From assembly GCA_964520555.1 (NCBI GenBank), contig CAZFNN010000004.1:128134-192133 (forward strand): DNA of 64,000 bases, written 5' to 3'. The number at the start of each line of letters is the position of its first letter. Position 1 is the first letter of the stretch. The DNA is from an uncultured Ignavibacteria bacterium. GTDB lineage: Bacteria; Zixibacteria; MSB-5A5; CAIYYT01. The position numbers and the translations under genes are program-made. Of this stretch, positions 50,670 through 60,051 are shown one piece after another. The notes under the pieces were generated by a model. The model saw only the letters and a list, made by a program, of their open reading frames with translations, did no database searches and was not told the origin of the DNA.

Positions 50670-52220
50670 CTAAAAGGATAATCCTTTAATCAAACTAACT
50701 TCTACCACATTGCCGGTGTAGTAATCCTCGTACACCGACAGATCATCGAAATTGTAAGCATTATATTCGACTTCGCAGCGGTAGTCCTGATAGAACCGCA
50801 GCGCCGCCGCAATCCGAATATTGAAGTGCTCGACGTTGAGATCGCGCTTGCTCTTGTAATAGAGCGCGCCGAAGCTCACCGTCCCGCCCTTGTACTCCTG
50901 GCTGGTGATATCGCCGGAGACCAGATGATCCTGGAACTCGAAGTTCCGGGTCAGGTTTTCGTAGGTCCCCGCCGAGTGCACGTACGCCGCGTTCAGCGTG
51001 GCATACTCCGTCGCGGTAATCACCGCATCAACGGCATAGCGGTACATGTCGGCCTTGGTGCCGAGCTGGTCGTTCTTGCGAATCACGCTCGTCATCTTGT
51101 AGCCGAATGTGCCGATCTTCTCGGGACGATACTTCACCGAAAACGCGTGCCGGTTGCGTTCCTCGTCCCCCAGCAGCCGCACGCCGTCTTCCACTTCTTC
51201 CTTGCGATTACCAAACTGGTAACGGACTTCCACCTCCGGCACCGGCTTGCCCCAGCCGCTGAAGAACAGCGAATTGCCACGCACTTCGTCCTCGAAATCG
51301 TCGTTGACGTCGTACTGATATCCGACCGTCAGGCCGAACCGGCGCAGGTAGTCATACGAGGCATACCCCGCGTGCGTCATGTTGTCGGTCGCGACGAAAT
51401 CGGAATCCGATGACGTGCGGTCGAGGATGCCGATATACTTCAGGCTGATATTCTGCGGCAGATTCAGCACGCCGCCGCCGTAGCCGCGGTTGTTGCTGAT
51501 CGTGAAATCACTCTGGTCAAACTTCGTCTCGAAGTGCCGGAAGCCGCCGATCAACTTGAAGAAATCATACTTCGGGCAGGCAAGAATGCCGCTGAACCGG
51601 TATTCTGCCCGCTTCTGGTCGCGCTGAACATCGTTGTTGTCGGTGTACTGATCGCCGCGGTACTCACCCAGCACCATCGAACCCTTATAATTGAACTGCG
51701 CGCCGAAGTTGTAGTAGGTGCGCTTGTAGTCGACATTGACCTCGGTCGGATCCGGCTTCGGATTGAACAGGTCGGTCGTCGTGCCGGTTCGTTCCATCAT
51801 CAAAAGTCCGCCGAATAGCGTCACATACTCCACCGGCGTCACGCGCAAGTTGGCATGTTCCTGATGCCGCCGCGTGAAGCTGGTACCGTTGAAATTGTAG
51901 ATCCGCCGGAACTGATCATGACCCACCCGCAAATCGAACTGCCCCGGCTTGGCCAGCGACGCGCTCAGATTGCGATTGTTCATGATGATGTTCTTCAGAT
52001 CCGCCCGCACCTGCATGCCATTGTCAAAGCGATAACGGAAGCCGTCGAGCGAAATCGTCGGACCTTCGTACAGATTGAATGTCGGATGGTGAACCGACTG
52101 GTTGCCCTCTTCATCCAGATAGACGTAGCCGACGCGCACCTCGCCGGAGCCGGTAGCCGCAACGGCCACTGCCGCCAGCATCAGGAGGGCGCCCAACAGA
52201 AACGATAACTTCAGTTTCAT
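50670..52220 (-). CDS. Outer-membrane beta-barrel protein (MtrB/OmbB-role porin of a porin-cytochrome complex)
   Basis: Signal peptide MKLKLSFLLGALLMLAAVAVA. Alternating aromatic/hydrophilic strands throughout and a C-terminal ...LIKGLSF. No heme sites. AAGGAGGGAG RBS. Sits between the two cytochrome genes with 9-12-nt gaps. Confidence 0.7.
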   Translation of the reverse strand: MKLKLSFLLGALLMLAAVAVAATGSGEVRVGYVYLDEEGNQSVHHPTFNLYEGPTISLDGFRYRFDNGMQVRADLKNIIMNNRNLSASLAKPGQFDLRVGHDQFRRIYNFNGTSFTRRHQEHANLRVTPVEYVTLFGGLLMMERTGTTTDLFNPKPDPTEVNVDYKRTYYNFGAQFNYKGSMVLGEYRGDQYTDNNDVQRDQKRAEYRFSGILACPKYDFFKLIGGFRHFETKFDQSDFTISNNRGYGGGVLNLPQNISLKYIGILDRTSSDSDFVATDNMTHAGYASYDYLRRFGLTVGYQYDVNDDFEDEVRGNSLFFSGWGKPVPEVEVRYQFGNRKEEVEDGVRLLGDEERNRHAFSVKYRPEKIGTFGYKMTSVIRKNDQLGTKADMYRYAVDAVITATEYATLNAAYVHSAGTYENLTRNFEFQDHLVSGDITSQEYKGGTVSFGALYYKSKRDLNVEHFNIRIAAALRFYQDYRCEVEYNAYNFDDLSVYEDYYTGNVVEVSLIKGLSF

Positions 52221-52231
52221 TCTCTCCCTCC

Positions 52232-53185
52232 TTAGTGCTTCAGGTTGTCGTGACAACCGGAGGCGTAGCAGTTGGCGTAAAGGGTGGTCGTCAGCATCGG
52301 GTCAAGAAACAGCTTGTTGTCGTTCGAACCGTGGAATTGCGTGTGGCAATTCACGCAGTCGATCTTGACCGCCATGCCGGAATGGGCAACGCGATGGCCG
52401 GGCGGCACACCGTGGCACTGAATGCAGACACCGTTGCCGGGCTGCAACAGGAGGCGCTCATTCGGCGAACCGTGCGGACTGTGGCACTCCACGCAGCCGC
52501 CGCCGTCGACCAGGTGGTTGTAGTTGACCGGATGCTCGTAGACGTGCGGCCCCGCCACATCCGAGTGGCAGTTCTGGCACGTCCAGTCGAACCCCTTGAC
52601 CAACTGCATATCCTGGCGGCTATTCATCGGGTGGCAGTCGGCACACGCCACGCTGCCTTCGTGCAGCGGATGCGCCGAGCGCGCGCTGAACTGGGCGCCG
52701 ACCGTTTGATGGCAGCCGAGACAGTAATTTTCGCTGTCATCCTTCACCAGCGCCGCATTCTCATTCCCGTGAATCGAATGGCAACTTGCACAATCCAGCC
52801 CGGCGCGGCCGTGCGGATCGGTCGTCACCATCAGAGCCTGATGCTCGTTCTGGTGGCACGAGGCGCAGGCATTCGCCTGCTCGGCAAACGGCAGCTTGCT
52901 TGGCACCACCGGCTTGTTGGCTTCCGGATCATCCAAGTGCGTCTCATAGCCGCCGTGACACCCGACACAGGAAACCGTGATGCCGCGAGCACCCGCTGCG
53001 GGAAGCGCGTGTCTTGATCCGAGAAGATTGTCCGCCATGTCCTGATGACACTCGAGGCAAGCCTCATTCGACGCACTCGTGGTTCCCTCCGCGGTCAGCG
53101 GAACGGTTGCCAGGAGCGCACCGAACAAGCCCAGCAGCGATATGACGATCAGGATGGGGGCGGGTTTCTTCAGTCTTCTATTCAT
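52232..53185 (-). CDS. Periplasmic multiheme cytochrome c (10 CxxCH + 1 CX4CH), MtrA/DmsE/OmaB-like
   Basis: 317 aa with signal peptide. CLECH, CVGCH, CASCH, CASCH, CLGCH, CADCH, CQNCH, CVECH, CIQCH, CVNCH and CYASGCH. Spacing of about 25-30 aa per heme is typical of MtrA. Confidence 0.8.
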   Translation of the reverse strand: MNRRLKKPAPILIVISLLGLFGALLATVPLTAEGTTSASNEACLECHQDMADNLLGSRHALPAAGARGITVSCVGCHGGYETHLDDPEANKPVVPSKLPFAEQANACASCHQNEHQALMVTTDPHGRAGLDCASCHSIHGNENAALVKDDSENYCLGCHQTVGAQFSARSAHPLHEGSVACADCHPMNSRQDMQLVKGFDWTCQNCHSDVAGPHVYEHPVNYNHLVDGGGCVECHSPHGSPNERLLLQPGNGVCIQCHGVPPGHRVAHSGMAVKIDCVNCHTQFHGSNDNKLFLDPMLTTTLYANCYASGCHDNLKH

Positions 53186-53247
53186 ATTAACCCCGTTGGT
53201 AAGTAAAAAAGTCCATTTTCATGAAACAGATTCGCGAACGTCCTGTA

Positions 53248-53263
53248 TGTGAAATCTGTCACA
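53248..53263. promoter_or_regulatory. CRP/FNR-family (CRP-type) binding site, perfect TGTGA-N6-TCACA
   Basis: TGTGAAATCTGTCACA. Centred about 70 nt upstream of the operon ATG (53185), so about -41 if the TSS is about 30 nt upstream (class II position). Confidence 0.55.
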
Positions 53264-53366
53264 AAGTTCTCTTGTTTATGATCTGCAATAAAGTCGGTGC
53301 GACGAGATCGTGTCAATAAAAAAGTATTATGAAATTGTCGGCTTTATCCATCTTGTTGTATTTTAT

Positions 53367-53382
53367 CGTGAAAACTATCACA
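53367..53382. promoter_or_regulatory. Second CRP-type site (CGTGA-N6-TCACA)
   Basis: CGTGAAAACTATCACA, 119 bp upstream of site 1, same half-site spacing. The flanks of the two sites are similar (…GTGAAAnCTnTCACAAAnTT…). Confidence 0.45.
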
Positions 53383-53557
53383 AACTTTAGAAATAAGACC
53401 TCAATAATTCGACATATTCATCGAGATTTCTGCTAATTCCGCTCGGAATTTACGATCGAATTAGTTGGAATTATTGGTTATTCCGCAAATGCCCCGCGCA
53501 ATTGCCCCGCTTTGGTGCAAGTTCATCTCGTCACAAGCTACATATCGGGAGACTTAA

Positions 53558-54325
53558 CTATATCGAGGTAATCTCGCCGACGTTGGCGTAAGTGTAGTTC
53601 GGACGATATGGATAACCGTCTATGTCGTCAGCAGTTGTAACACCCGACAACACCAATATCGTGTCCAGTCCCGACTGGATGCCGGCGATGATGTCGGTCT
53701 CCATATTATCTCCGATCATGATCGTCGTCTCCGAATGTGCTCCCAACTGGCGTAGCGCCGCACGCATCATGTATGGATTCGGCTTGCCGATGTAGAACGG
53801 TTTACGATGAGTTACCCTCTCAATCGGGGCAGCCAGAGCCCCGCAACTCGGGAAGCCGGAGGGTCCGGAAACGTCGGGATTAGTCGCAATAAACCGGGCA
53901 CCATGACGTATTAGTCTGATCGCCTTCTCAATCATCTCAAAGTTGTAAGACCGGGTCTCTCCCAGAACGACGAAATCCGGATCCTGCTCCGTCATCTTGA
54001 ATCCGTGTTCGTACAGGGCGTGCGTCAGCGCCCCTTCGCCGATCACAAAAACTTTGTCACCGGCACCCTGACTTTCCAGGAATGCCGCCGTCGCCATCGC
54101 CGATGTGTAAAAATGCTCTGCCGGAACATCTAATCCGGCCTTGCGAACCCGGTGACTCAAGTCGGACGGCGTCAAGGATGGGTAATTCGTAATGAAGAGA
54201 AACGGAATCTCCTGCTCAATCAGCGATTCGACGAATCCCTTGGCCCCTTCGATCAGGTTGTTATCCCAGATGATCACGCCGTCCATATCGCACAGGACGG
54301 CTCGATTCTTTTCGCACTTGATCAT
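53558..54325 (-). CDS. HAD-superfamily hydrolase, subfamily IIA (NagD/UmpH-like phosphatase)
   Basis: DMDGVI motif I, the ITN motif II and GDNMETDIIAG motif IV. GC is about 55%. Confidence 0.8.
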   Translation of the reverse strand: MIKCEKNRAVLCDMDGVIIWDNNLIEGAKGFVESLIEQEIPFLFITNYPSLTPSDLSHRVRKAGLDVPAEHFYTSAMATAAFLESQGAGDKVFVIGEGALTHALYEHGFKMTEQDPDFVVLGETRSYNFEMIEKAIRLIRHGARFIATNPDVSGPSGFPSCGALAAPIERVTHRKPFYIGKPNPYMMRAALRQLGAHSETTIMIGDNMETDIIAGIQSGLDTILVLSGVTTADDIDGYPYRPNYTYANVGEITSI

Positions 54326-54568
54326 GACTCTCCCGTTTCCCTGTCCTACGTCAAAACACCCGGTATAATAGGGCCTTCGCAGCGACAGTCAACTATTAGA
54401 TCGGCATCGGATTTATTAGCCTAAGTTACAGCGCGCGAAGTTCTTTGGTTAAGATCAACTACCTTTGCTCCGAAGCTACAAAAAGACGCCAAAAAGATTT
54501 TGCATTTAGCCAACTGCCGCGTCAAATTGGTGCGGTCACGACGGGCCGTACCGGTGTGGAGTTAACTC

Positions 54569-57500
54569 TTGGTCGTAAAGTCACTTAGAAACGTCCTCTT
54601 CCTCCTGATGCTGTCCGCGTTTGCGCCGACAGTCGTCGGGCAAGCGCTCTACCTGCGCCAGCCTGCGCCGTCGCCTGATGGCCGCTCTGTCTGCTTTGGG
54701 TTTCAAGGTGACCTGTGGATCGTCAGCTCGCAAGGCGGCCGCGCTGGACGCCTCACCGTTCACGTCGGCTATGACGGCCACCCCTCGTGGTCACCTGACG
54801 GCCGGTTCATCGCCTTCTCTTCCGACCGCAACGGCAACTTCGATGTCTTCGTCATTCCCGCTGCCGGCGGCCCCGAATTGCAGTTGACCTCTCATACTGC
54901 CGATGACATCGTCACCGGCTGGAGCAGCGATTCGCGGCGTGTGCTCTTTCACGGCAGCCGCGACTATGATTTTGACCAAGTCTGGGAGATTCCCGCCTCC
55001 GGCGGCCGCGAGAAGCCGCTGACTACGATCGAAGCGAGTTACGGACGCCGCAGCGACCACGATACCAAACTCCTCTTTACGCGCGGCTGGACTCCTTGGT
55101 GGCAGAAGGGCTATCGCGGCAGTGCCGGTTGCGACCTCTTCCTCAAGGACATGCAGTCGGGTTCCATCGAGCGGCTCACCAGCTTCAGCGGCAATGACCT
55201 CAACGGCTTCCTCGTTCCCTCCGGCGCCGAGTTGATTTACCTGTCCGATTCCACCGGCAACTACAATCTCTTCCGAAAGAATCTGGTCGGCGGCACTGTG
55301 GTGCAGTTGACCAATCATCGGCTCGATGTTTTTCAACCGTGTCTGTCCGCCGACGGCACGCTGATTGCCTATGAAATGGGCGGCGAGATCTATCTCTACG
55401 ATCTGCGCACGAATCAAGGGCGCAAATTGCAGATCGACTTGCCTAGCACCGCAAAGATCAACGACGAGCTTCGCGCCGAGTTGGATTCCGGCATCACCGA
55501 GCTGGCCGTCGCCTCCGACGGCCGGCAATTGGCCGCTGCCATCGCCGGCGAGGTCTATTGCCTTGATCTCATGTCCGGCCAACAGCGACGTCTGACCAGG
55601 TCCGCCATCACCGAGCACGGCCTCGACTGGAGCGCGGATGCGGCCCAATTGGCGCTGATTACACGGGAGCAGGATGCAAGCATACTGACGATTATCAGCT
55701 CCAACGAGCCCGCCGAGCCGTATTTGGCGCTCGCCCACGACTTCCACGTCAAACAACTGCTCAAATCGGAACGCCTGCTGGCGCAACCGACGATTTCTCC
55801 CGATCAAACCCGCGTCGCTTTCGTGCGCGGTGGCACGCAGCTTGTCGTCGCCGACATTAAGAAACTGACCGAGCGCATTCTCGCCGACAAATCGCCGATC
55901 GGCGAATATGCCTGGTCACCCGACGGCCGCTATCTCATCTTCACGCAACTTAACGGCGACTGGCTCAACGAGCTTTTTATCGGCGACAGCGAGAGCGGCT
56001 CCGTCGAGCACGTCAGCCCGATGCCGGGACACTACTTCGCACCGCGCTTCTCCGCCGACGGCCGCCTGGTCTATTTCATTGCCGACGGCGATCTGCACTA
56101 TGCCTATCTCGACCGCGCCCTGGCGGAACAGCCGTCGTATCGCCGTCGCGAACTCATCTTGAGCCAGCCCAGCCAAAACGGCCATGCGGCGCCGCTCAAA
56201 ATCGACTTCGAAGGCATCACCCATCGGATCATTCGGGCGACGGTCTCCGCTGATATTCACGAAGTCTGGCTCGCGCCGGCCTCCGACTACTTCGTAATCC
56301 TCAGCCAGGATGGCGCGATCGATCTGCTCGGCATCGAGACGACGACGCCCCATCATTTGGCGACGTTGCCGCAGCGCGCCGAGATGCTACGCCTGGCCCC
56401 CAGCGTTCACCTTGCTTATGTCGTCGATCCAGCGGGCCGACTGGTCTCGGTCGATCTGGCCACCGGCGACCTCGAGTCGATCCCCTTTTCCGTCGAGCTG
56501 ACCGCGCGCCGCTCCGAGCAACTGCGTCAGATGTTCGACGATTGTTGGCTGGTGGTGAAGGAGCGGTTTTACGATGCCGGCCTGCACAACGTGAATTGGA
56601 ATACAGCACGCGAAGGTTTCGCCCCGCGATTGCCGCACCTCACCGAAATCCGCGATCTGCACGATCTGATCCGCGAGATGTTCGGTCAATTGAAATCCTC
56701 GCACCTCGATCTCTGGCTGCCGGAATCCGATCATGCCGAGACCGGCATGCTCGGCCTGCTTCCCGACTATCAGGACAATTCCGCCGGACTGATCGCGCTC
56801 GAAATCCCCGCCGACTCCCCCGCCGCAAGCACGCTCTCGCAGATTCGTCAATACGATAAGATCACCGCCGTCGAAAACCAGAAACTCGCCGGTGAATTCG
56901 ATCCGTTCCGACCCTTCCTGGGGACGGTCGGCCGCGAAGTGCGCATCGACCTGATCAATCGCACCGGCATCACCCGCAGCGTCAACCTGGTGCCGCTGTC
57001 GGTGGAAGCGCATCGGCGGATCGTGGCGCGTTATCAGGGTGCGCTGGCTCGCGCAAACGTCGAAGGAGCTTCCAAGGGCCATATCGGCTATGTCCGCGTC
57101 GCGCAGATGACCGCGGCCGCCCTCGAGTTATTCCAGGAAGACCTTCGTCGCTATGCGGTCGGCAAGGAAGCCTTGATTGTCGACCTGCGCGGCAACAGCG
57201 GCGGCTCCGAGCACGACCGCTTCCTCCAGTTGCTCGCGCGCAAAAAGTACATCACCCACAAACCGCGCGTTGGCACGGCCGGTGAGGATGCTCCCCTTGC
57301 CATTGCCGGATCGGTAGTTCTGCTCGTCGACGAGCGCACCAGTTCCGACGCGGAGATTCTCGCCCAGGGATTCCGCGAACTGGGAGTCGGCGAGATCATC
57401 GGCGTCACCACCCACGGCGCCGTGATCGGCACGGAGAAGCAGCGCTTGCTCGACGGTTCAACCCTCAGCATCCCAACCGTCGGCTGGTTCACCTTGGCCG

Positions 57501-57628
57501 GACAAAATCTGGAGAATCACGGCGTCTCGCCCGATGTCGCTGTGCCGCTCGATCTCACTCGCGCTGACAGGGGTGAAGACAACCAACTCCAGCAAGCCAT
57601 CGAACGCCTCTTACAGAAATTGCAGTAG
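54569..57628 (+). CDS. Tricorn protease homolog (S41): beta-propellers + PDZ + C-terminal S41 peptidase
   Basis: 1019 aa. WSPDGR propeller repeats, and a C-terminal LIVDLRGNSGGSE...DERTSSDAE (Ser/His/Ser/Glu tricorn catalytic region). Probably uses the TTG start at 54569, which gives a proper signal peptide. GGAG lies 8 nt upstream. Confidence 0.75.
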   Translation: MVVKSLRNVLFLLMLSAFAPTVVGQALYLRQPAPSPDGRSVCFGFQGDLWIVSSQGGRAGRLTVHVGYDGHPSWSPDGRFIAFSSDRNGNFDVFVIPAAGGPELQLTSHTADDIVTGWSSDSRRVLFHGSRDYDFDQVWEIPASGGREKPLTTIEASYGRRSDHDTKLLFTRGWTPWWQKGYRGSAGCDLFLKDMQSGSIERLTSFSGNDLNGFLVPSGAELIYLSDSTGNYNLFRKNLVGGTVVQLTNHRLDVFQPCLSADGTLIAYEMGGEIYLYDLRTNQGRKLQIDLPSTAKINDELRAELDSGITELAVASDGRQLAAAIAGEVYCLDLMSGQQRRLTRSAITEHGLDWSADAAQLALITREQDASILTIISSNEPAEPYLALAHDFHVKQLLKSERLLAQPTISPDQTRVAFVRGGTQLVVADIKKLTERILADKSPIGEYAWSPDGRYLIFTQLNGDWLNELFIGDSESGSVEHVSPMPGHYFAPRFSADGRLVYFIADGDLHYAYLDRALAEQPSYRRRELILSQPSQNGHAAPLKIDFEGITHRIIRATVSADIHEVWLAPASDYFVILSQDGAIDLLGIETTTPHHLATLPQRAEMLRLAPSVHLAYVVDPAGRLVSVDLATGDLESIPFSVELTARRSEQLRQMFDDCWLVVKERFYDAGLHNVNWNTAREGFAPRLPHLTEIRDLHDLIREMFGQLKSSHLDLWLPESDHAETGMLGLLPDYQDNSAGLIALEIPADSPAASTLSQIRQYDKITAVENQKLAGEFDPFRPFLGTVGREVRIDLINRTGITRSVNLVPLSVEAHRRIVARYQGALARANVEGASKGHIGYVRVAQMTAAALELFQEDLRRYAVGKEALIVDLRGNSGGSEHDRFLQLLARKKYITHKPRVGTAGEDAPLAIAGSVVLLVDERTSSDAEILAQGFRELGVGEIIGVTTHGAVIGTEKQRLLDGSTLSIPTVGWFTLAGQNLENHGVSPDVAVPLDLTRADRGEDNQLQQAIERLLQKLQ

Positions 57629-57700
57629 GGCGCTTCTCCCTTTTGCGCATCCCCAAACCCCGCAGCATTGTTGGTGATTTGACCCCCTTGCCTCTCCCCG

Positions 57701-58843
57701 CTACGGTTGGTAGGTAATCCGGTAAATCTTCCCCCCGTAATCGTCCGACAGCAGCAGCGAGCCGTCCGGCATTTGCTCGAGGTCAACCGGCCGCCCCGTC
57801 GGTCCGTCCGCTTGCAGCCAACCTTCGGCGAACGCCTCGTAACTCACCGATTTGTCTCCTTGTAGGCGCACTAATGTCACCCGATAGCCGATCGGCTTGC
57901 TGCGATTCCATGAGCCGTGTTCGGCGATGAAGATCTGATTGCGATAGGCGGCCGGAAACATCGCGCCGGTATAAAAGCGCATCCCCAGTGCCGCGACGTG
58001 CGGTCCTAATTGTTGCGCTGGCGGCGTGTACATCAGGCAGTTTTTCCCCGCGCCCAGGTCGGGATCGATGATCGTACCGCCATGGCAGTACGGGAAACCA
58101 AAATGCATCCCCGCCTGCGGCGCACGATTCAACTCATCTGGTGGAATGTCGTCACCCAGCATATCACGGCCGTTGTCGGTAAACCACAACTCCTTGGTCG
58201 TCGGGTGCCAGTCGAAACCGACGGTGTTGCGTACGCCGCGCGCGAATACCTCCAGACCGGTGCCGTCGGGATTCATCCGCATAATCGTCGCGTAGCGCTG
58301 ATCCTCCCGCTCGCAGACATTGCACGGTGCGCCCACCGGCACATACAGCTTCCCGTCCGGGCCAAAACGAATGAACTTCCAGCCATGCGCAGCGTCCGAA
58401 GGCAACGAGCCGTTGACAACCACCGGTTCCGGCGGGTCGGCCAGGTGCGCCTCGATATCATCGAACCGGATCACCCGGTTGACTTCCGCGACATACAAAT
58501 TGCCGTCGCCCCAGGCGATCCCATTCGGCATGAACAAATCCTCGGCCAGCGTGTACACCTTGTCGGCCCGAAAATCACGATTGGTGTCGACCACCGCATA
58601 TATCGCGCCGCGATCGCGGGTTGAGACAAACAGCGTTCCGGACGGCGACAGCGCCAATGAGCGCGCACCGGGCACGTTGTCGGCGAAAACACTGATGCGG
58701 AATCCGGGCGGCAGCTTGATTCCCGCTACCGTGCCGGGAGTGGACTGGGAGGATTGCGAGCACGCCAGAGCGGCCCAGGCCAAATTTGCGACGAGGACCA
58801 AGCCGACCGCACGAAAGCGAAACCGGCGAAAACTAATCATCAT
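57701..58843 (-). CDS. PQQ-dependent soluble sugar (glucose/sorbosone) dehydrogenase
   Basis: Signal peptide and a six-bladed GSDH propeller (PNGIAWGDGNLYVAE, HGGASLxx-like motifs, FGFPYC). Confidence 0.75.
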   Translation of the reverse strand: MMISFRRFRFRAVGLVLVANLAWAALACSQSSQSTPGTVAGIKLPPGFRISVFADNVPGARSLALSPSGTLFVSTRDRGAIYAVVDTNRDFRADKVYTLAEDLFMPNGIAWGDGNLYVAEVNRVIRFDDIEAHLADPPEPVVVNGSLPSDAAHGWKFIRFGPDGKLYVPVGAPCNVCEREDQRYATIMRMNPDGTGLEVFARGVRNTVGFDWHPTTKELWFTDNGRDMLGDDIPPDELNRAPQAGMHFGFPYCHGGTIIDPDLGAGKNCLMYTPPAQQLGPHVAALGMRFYTGAMFPAAYRNQIFIAEHGSWNRSKPIGYRVTLVRLQGDKSVSYEAFAEGWLQADGPTGRPVDLEQMPDGSLLLSDDYGGKIYRITYQP

Positions 58844-58869
58844 GAAAATGATACGCGTGGCGCGCCAAC

Positions 58870-59655
58870 TCAGCGATGAATCAGCGCGAGTATTTCGTCG
58901 TGGACCAAGCCGTTGCTCGCGAGAATACCGTCCGTCGCGATGGTAATCGGCTTGCCGTCCAAGTCGGTGCAGCGTCCGCCGGCGGCTTCGATGATTGCCG
59001 CCAGCGCGCCAATATCCCAGATCTTGATCTGCGGCTGAATCACCGCCTCCAGCCGGCCGCTGGCGACAAGGTGAAACGGATAGCAGTCGCCGAAACCGCG
59101 TACCCGTTCGACGGCGTCAAACAGCGCAATCAGATTCTCGGGACGAATCGGCCCGCGCCGGCGGTTCAGTCCGGCAAACGAAACCGCCGATTCCGCCAGC
59201 CGATCGATCGCACTCACCCGCACCGGCGCACCGTTGAGATACGCTACCCCACCACCGCCGTACAACAGCTCGTTCATTGCCGGCATGTTCGAGACGCCGA
59301 GCACCAGGCGCGAATCCTGCATCAACGCAATCTGGGTGCCGAACAGCGGTATACCCCGGACGAAGTTGCGGGTACCGTCGATCGGGTCGATGATCCACAC
59401 GTATCCGCCGTCGCCCCCGCCGGCACCGAACTCCTCGCCCAGAAAACCGTGATCCGGAAACCGGGCGGCGATCGCCGCTTTGACGATCAGTTCCGCTTCC
59501 CGGTCGGCGATCGTCACCGGGCTGTCGTCCGCCTTGCGCTCGACGGCCGCGCCGCTGCGGAAATGTTGCATGATTACCGGCGCCGCCGCGCCGGCCGCGG
59601 CCAGGGCGGTGTCCAGCAACCCGGTCAAATGCGGTGTGGTTGACATCGGCGGCAT
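58870..59655 (-). CDS. Inositol monophosphatase family protein (SuhB/HisN-like)
   Basis: WIIDPIDGTRNF metal-binding motif and a C-terminal WDIGALAAI. 261 aa. Confidence 0.8.
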   Translation of the reverse strand: MPPMSTTPHLTGLLDTALAAAGAAAPVIMQHFRSGAAVERKADDSPVTIADREAELIVKAAIAARFPDHGFLGEEFGAGGGDGGYVWIIDPIDGTRNFVRGIPLFGTQIALMQDSRLVLGVSNMPAMNELLYGGGGVAYLNGAPVRVSAIDRLAESAVSFAGLNRRRGPIRPENLIALFDAVERVRGFGDCYPFHLVASGRLEAVIQPQIKIWDIGALAAIIEAAGGRCTDLDGKPITIATDGILASNGLVHDEILALIHR

Positions 59656-60051
59656 GATAGGTTATTCCTCGGTCGTGCACATAGCGGTTTTCACCGATCT
59701 TCAGATCGACGATCCCCTGATTCATTTTCTCTCCCCGTGTCGACAAAAACAACTTGACAAGGATTATCCATGATATTTACATCCGCCTACAATCACGCAA
59801 AAACACAACCCGGTCTCGGGTCCATTCGAACACCAAACGTCAAGGCGAGCGAAAGGTCGATGAGCCTATTGTCGTTTAGTCGCGTCCGCGGCCAACTGCA
59901 TACGGTCGCGCCGATGAACGCATGGCACGGCGCATAAGGAGGTGGTGACGGCACGTAGGGGCGGCAGGCAGACATCTGGACATTCTCGGAACATTGATGA
60001 CATTGTCTTTAATCGATGGCACGATTCTCACAGTGGAGGAGAGGAATCTCA

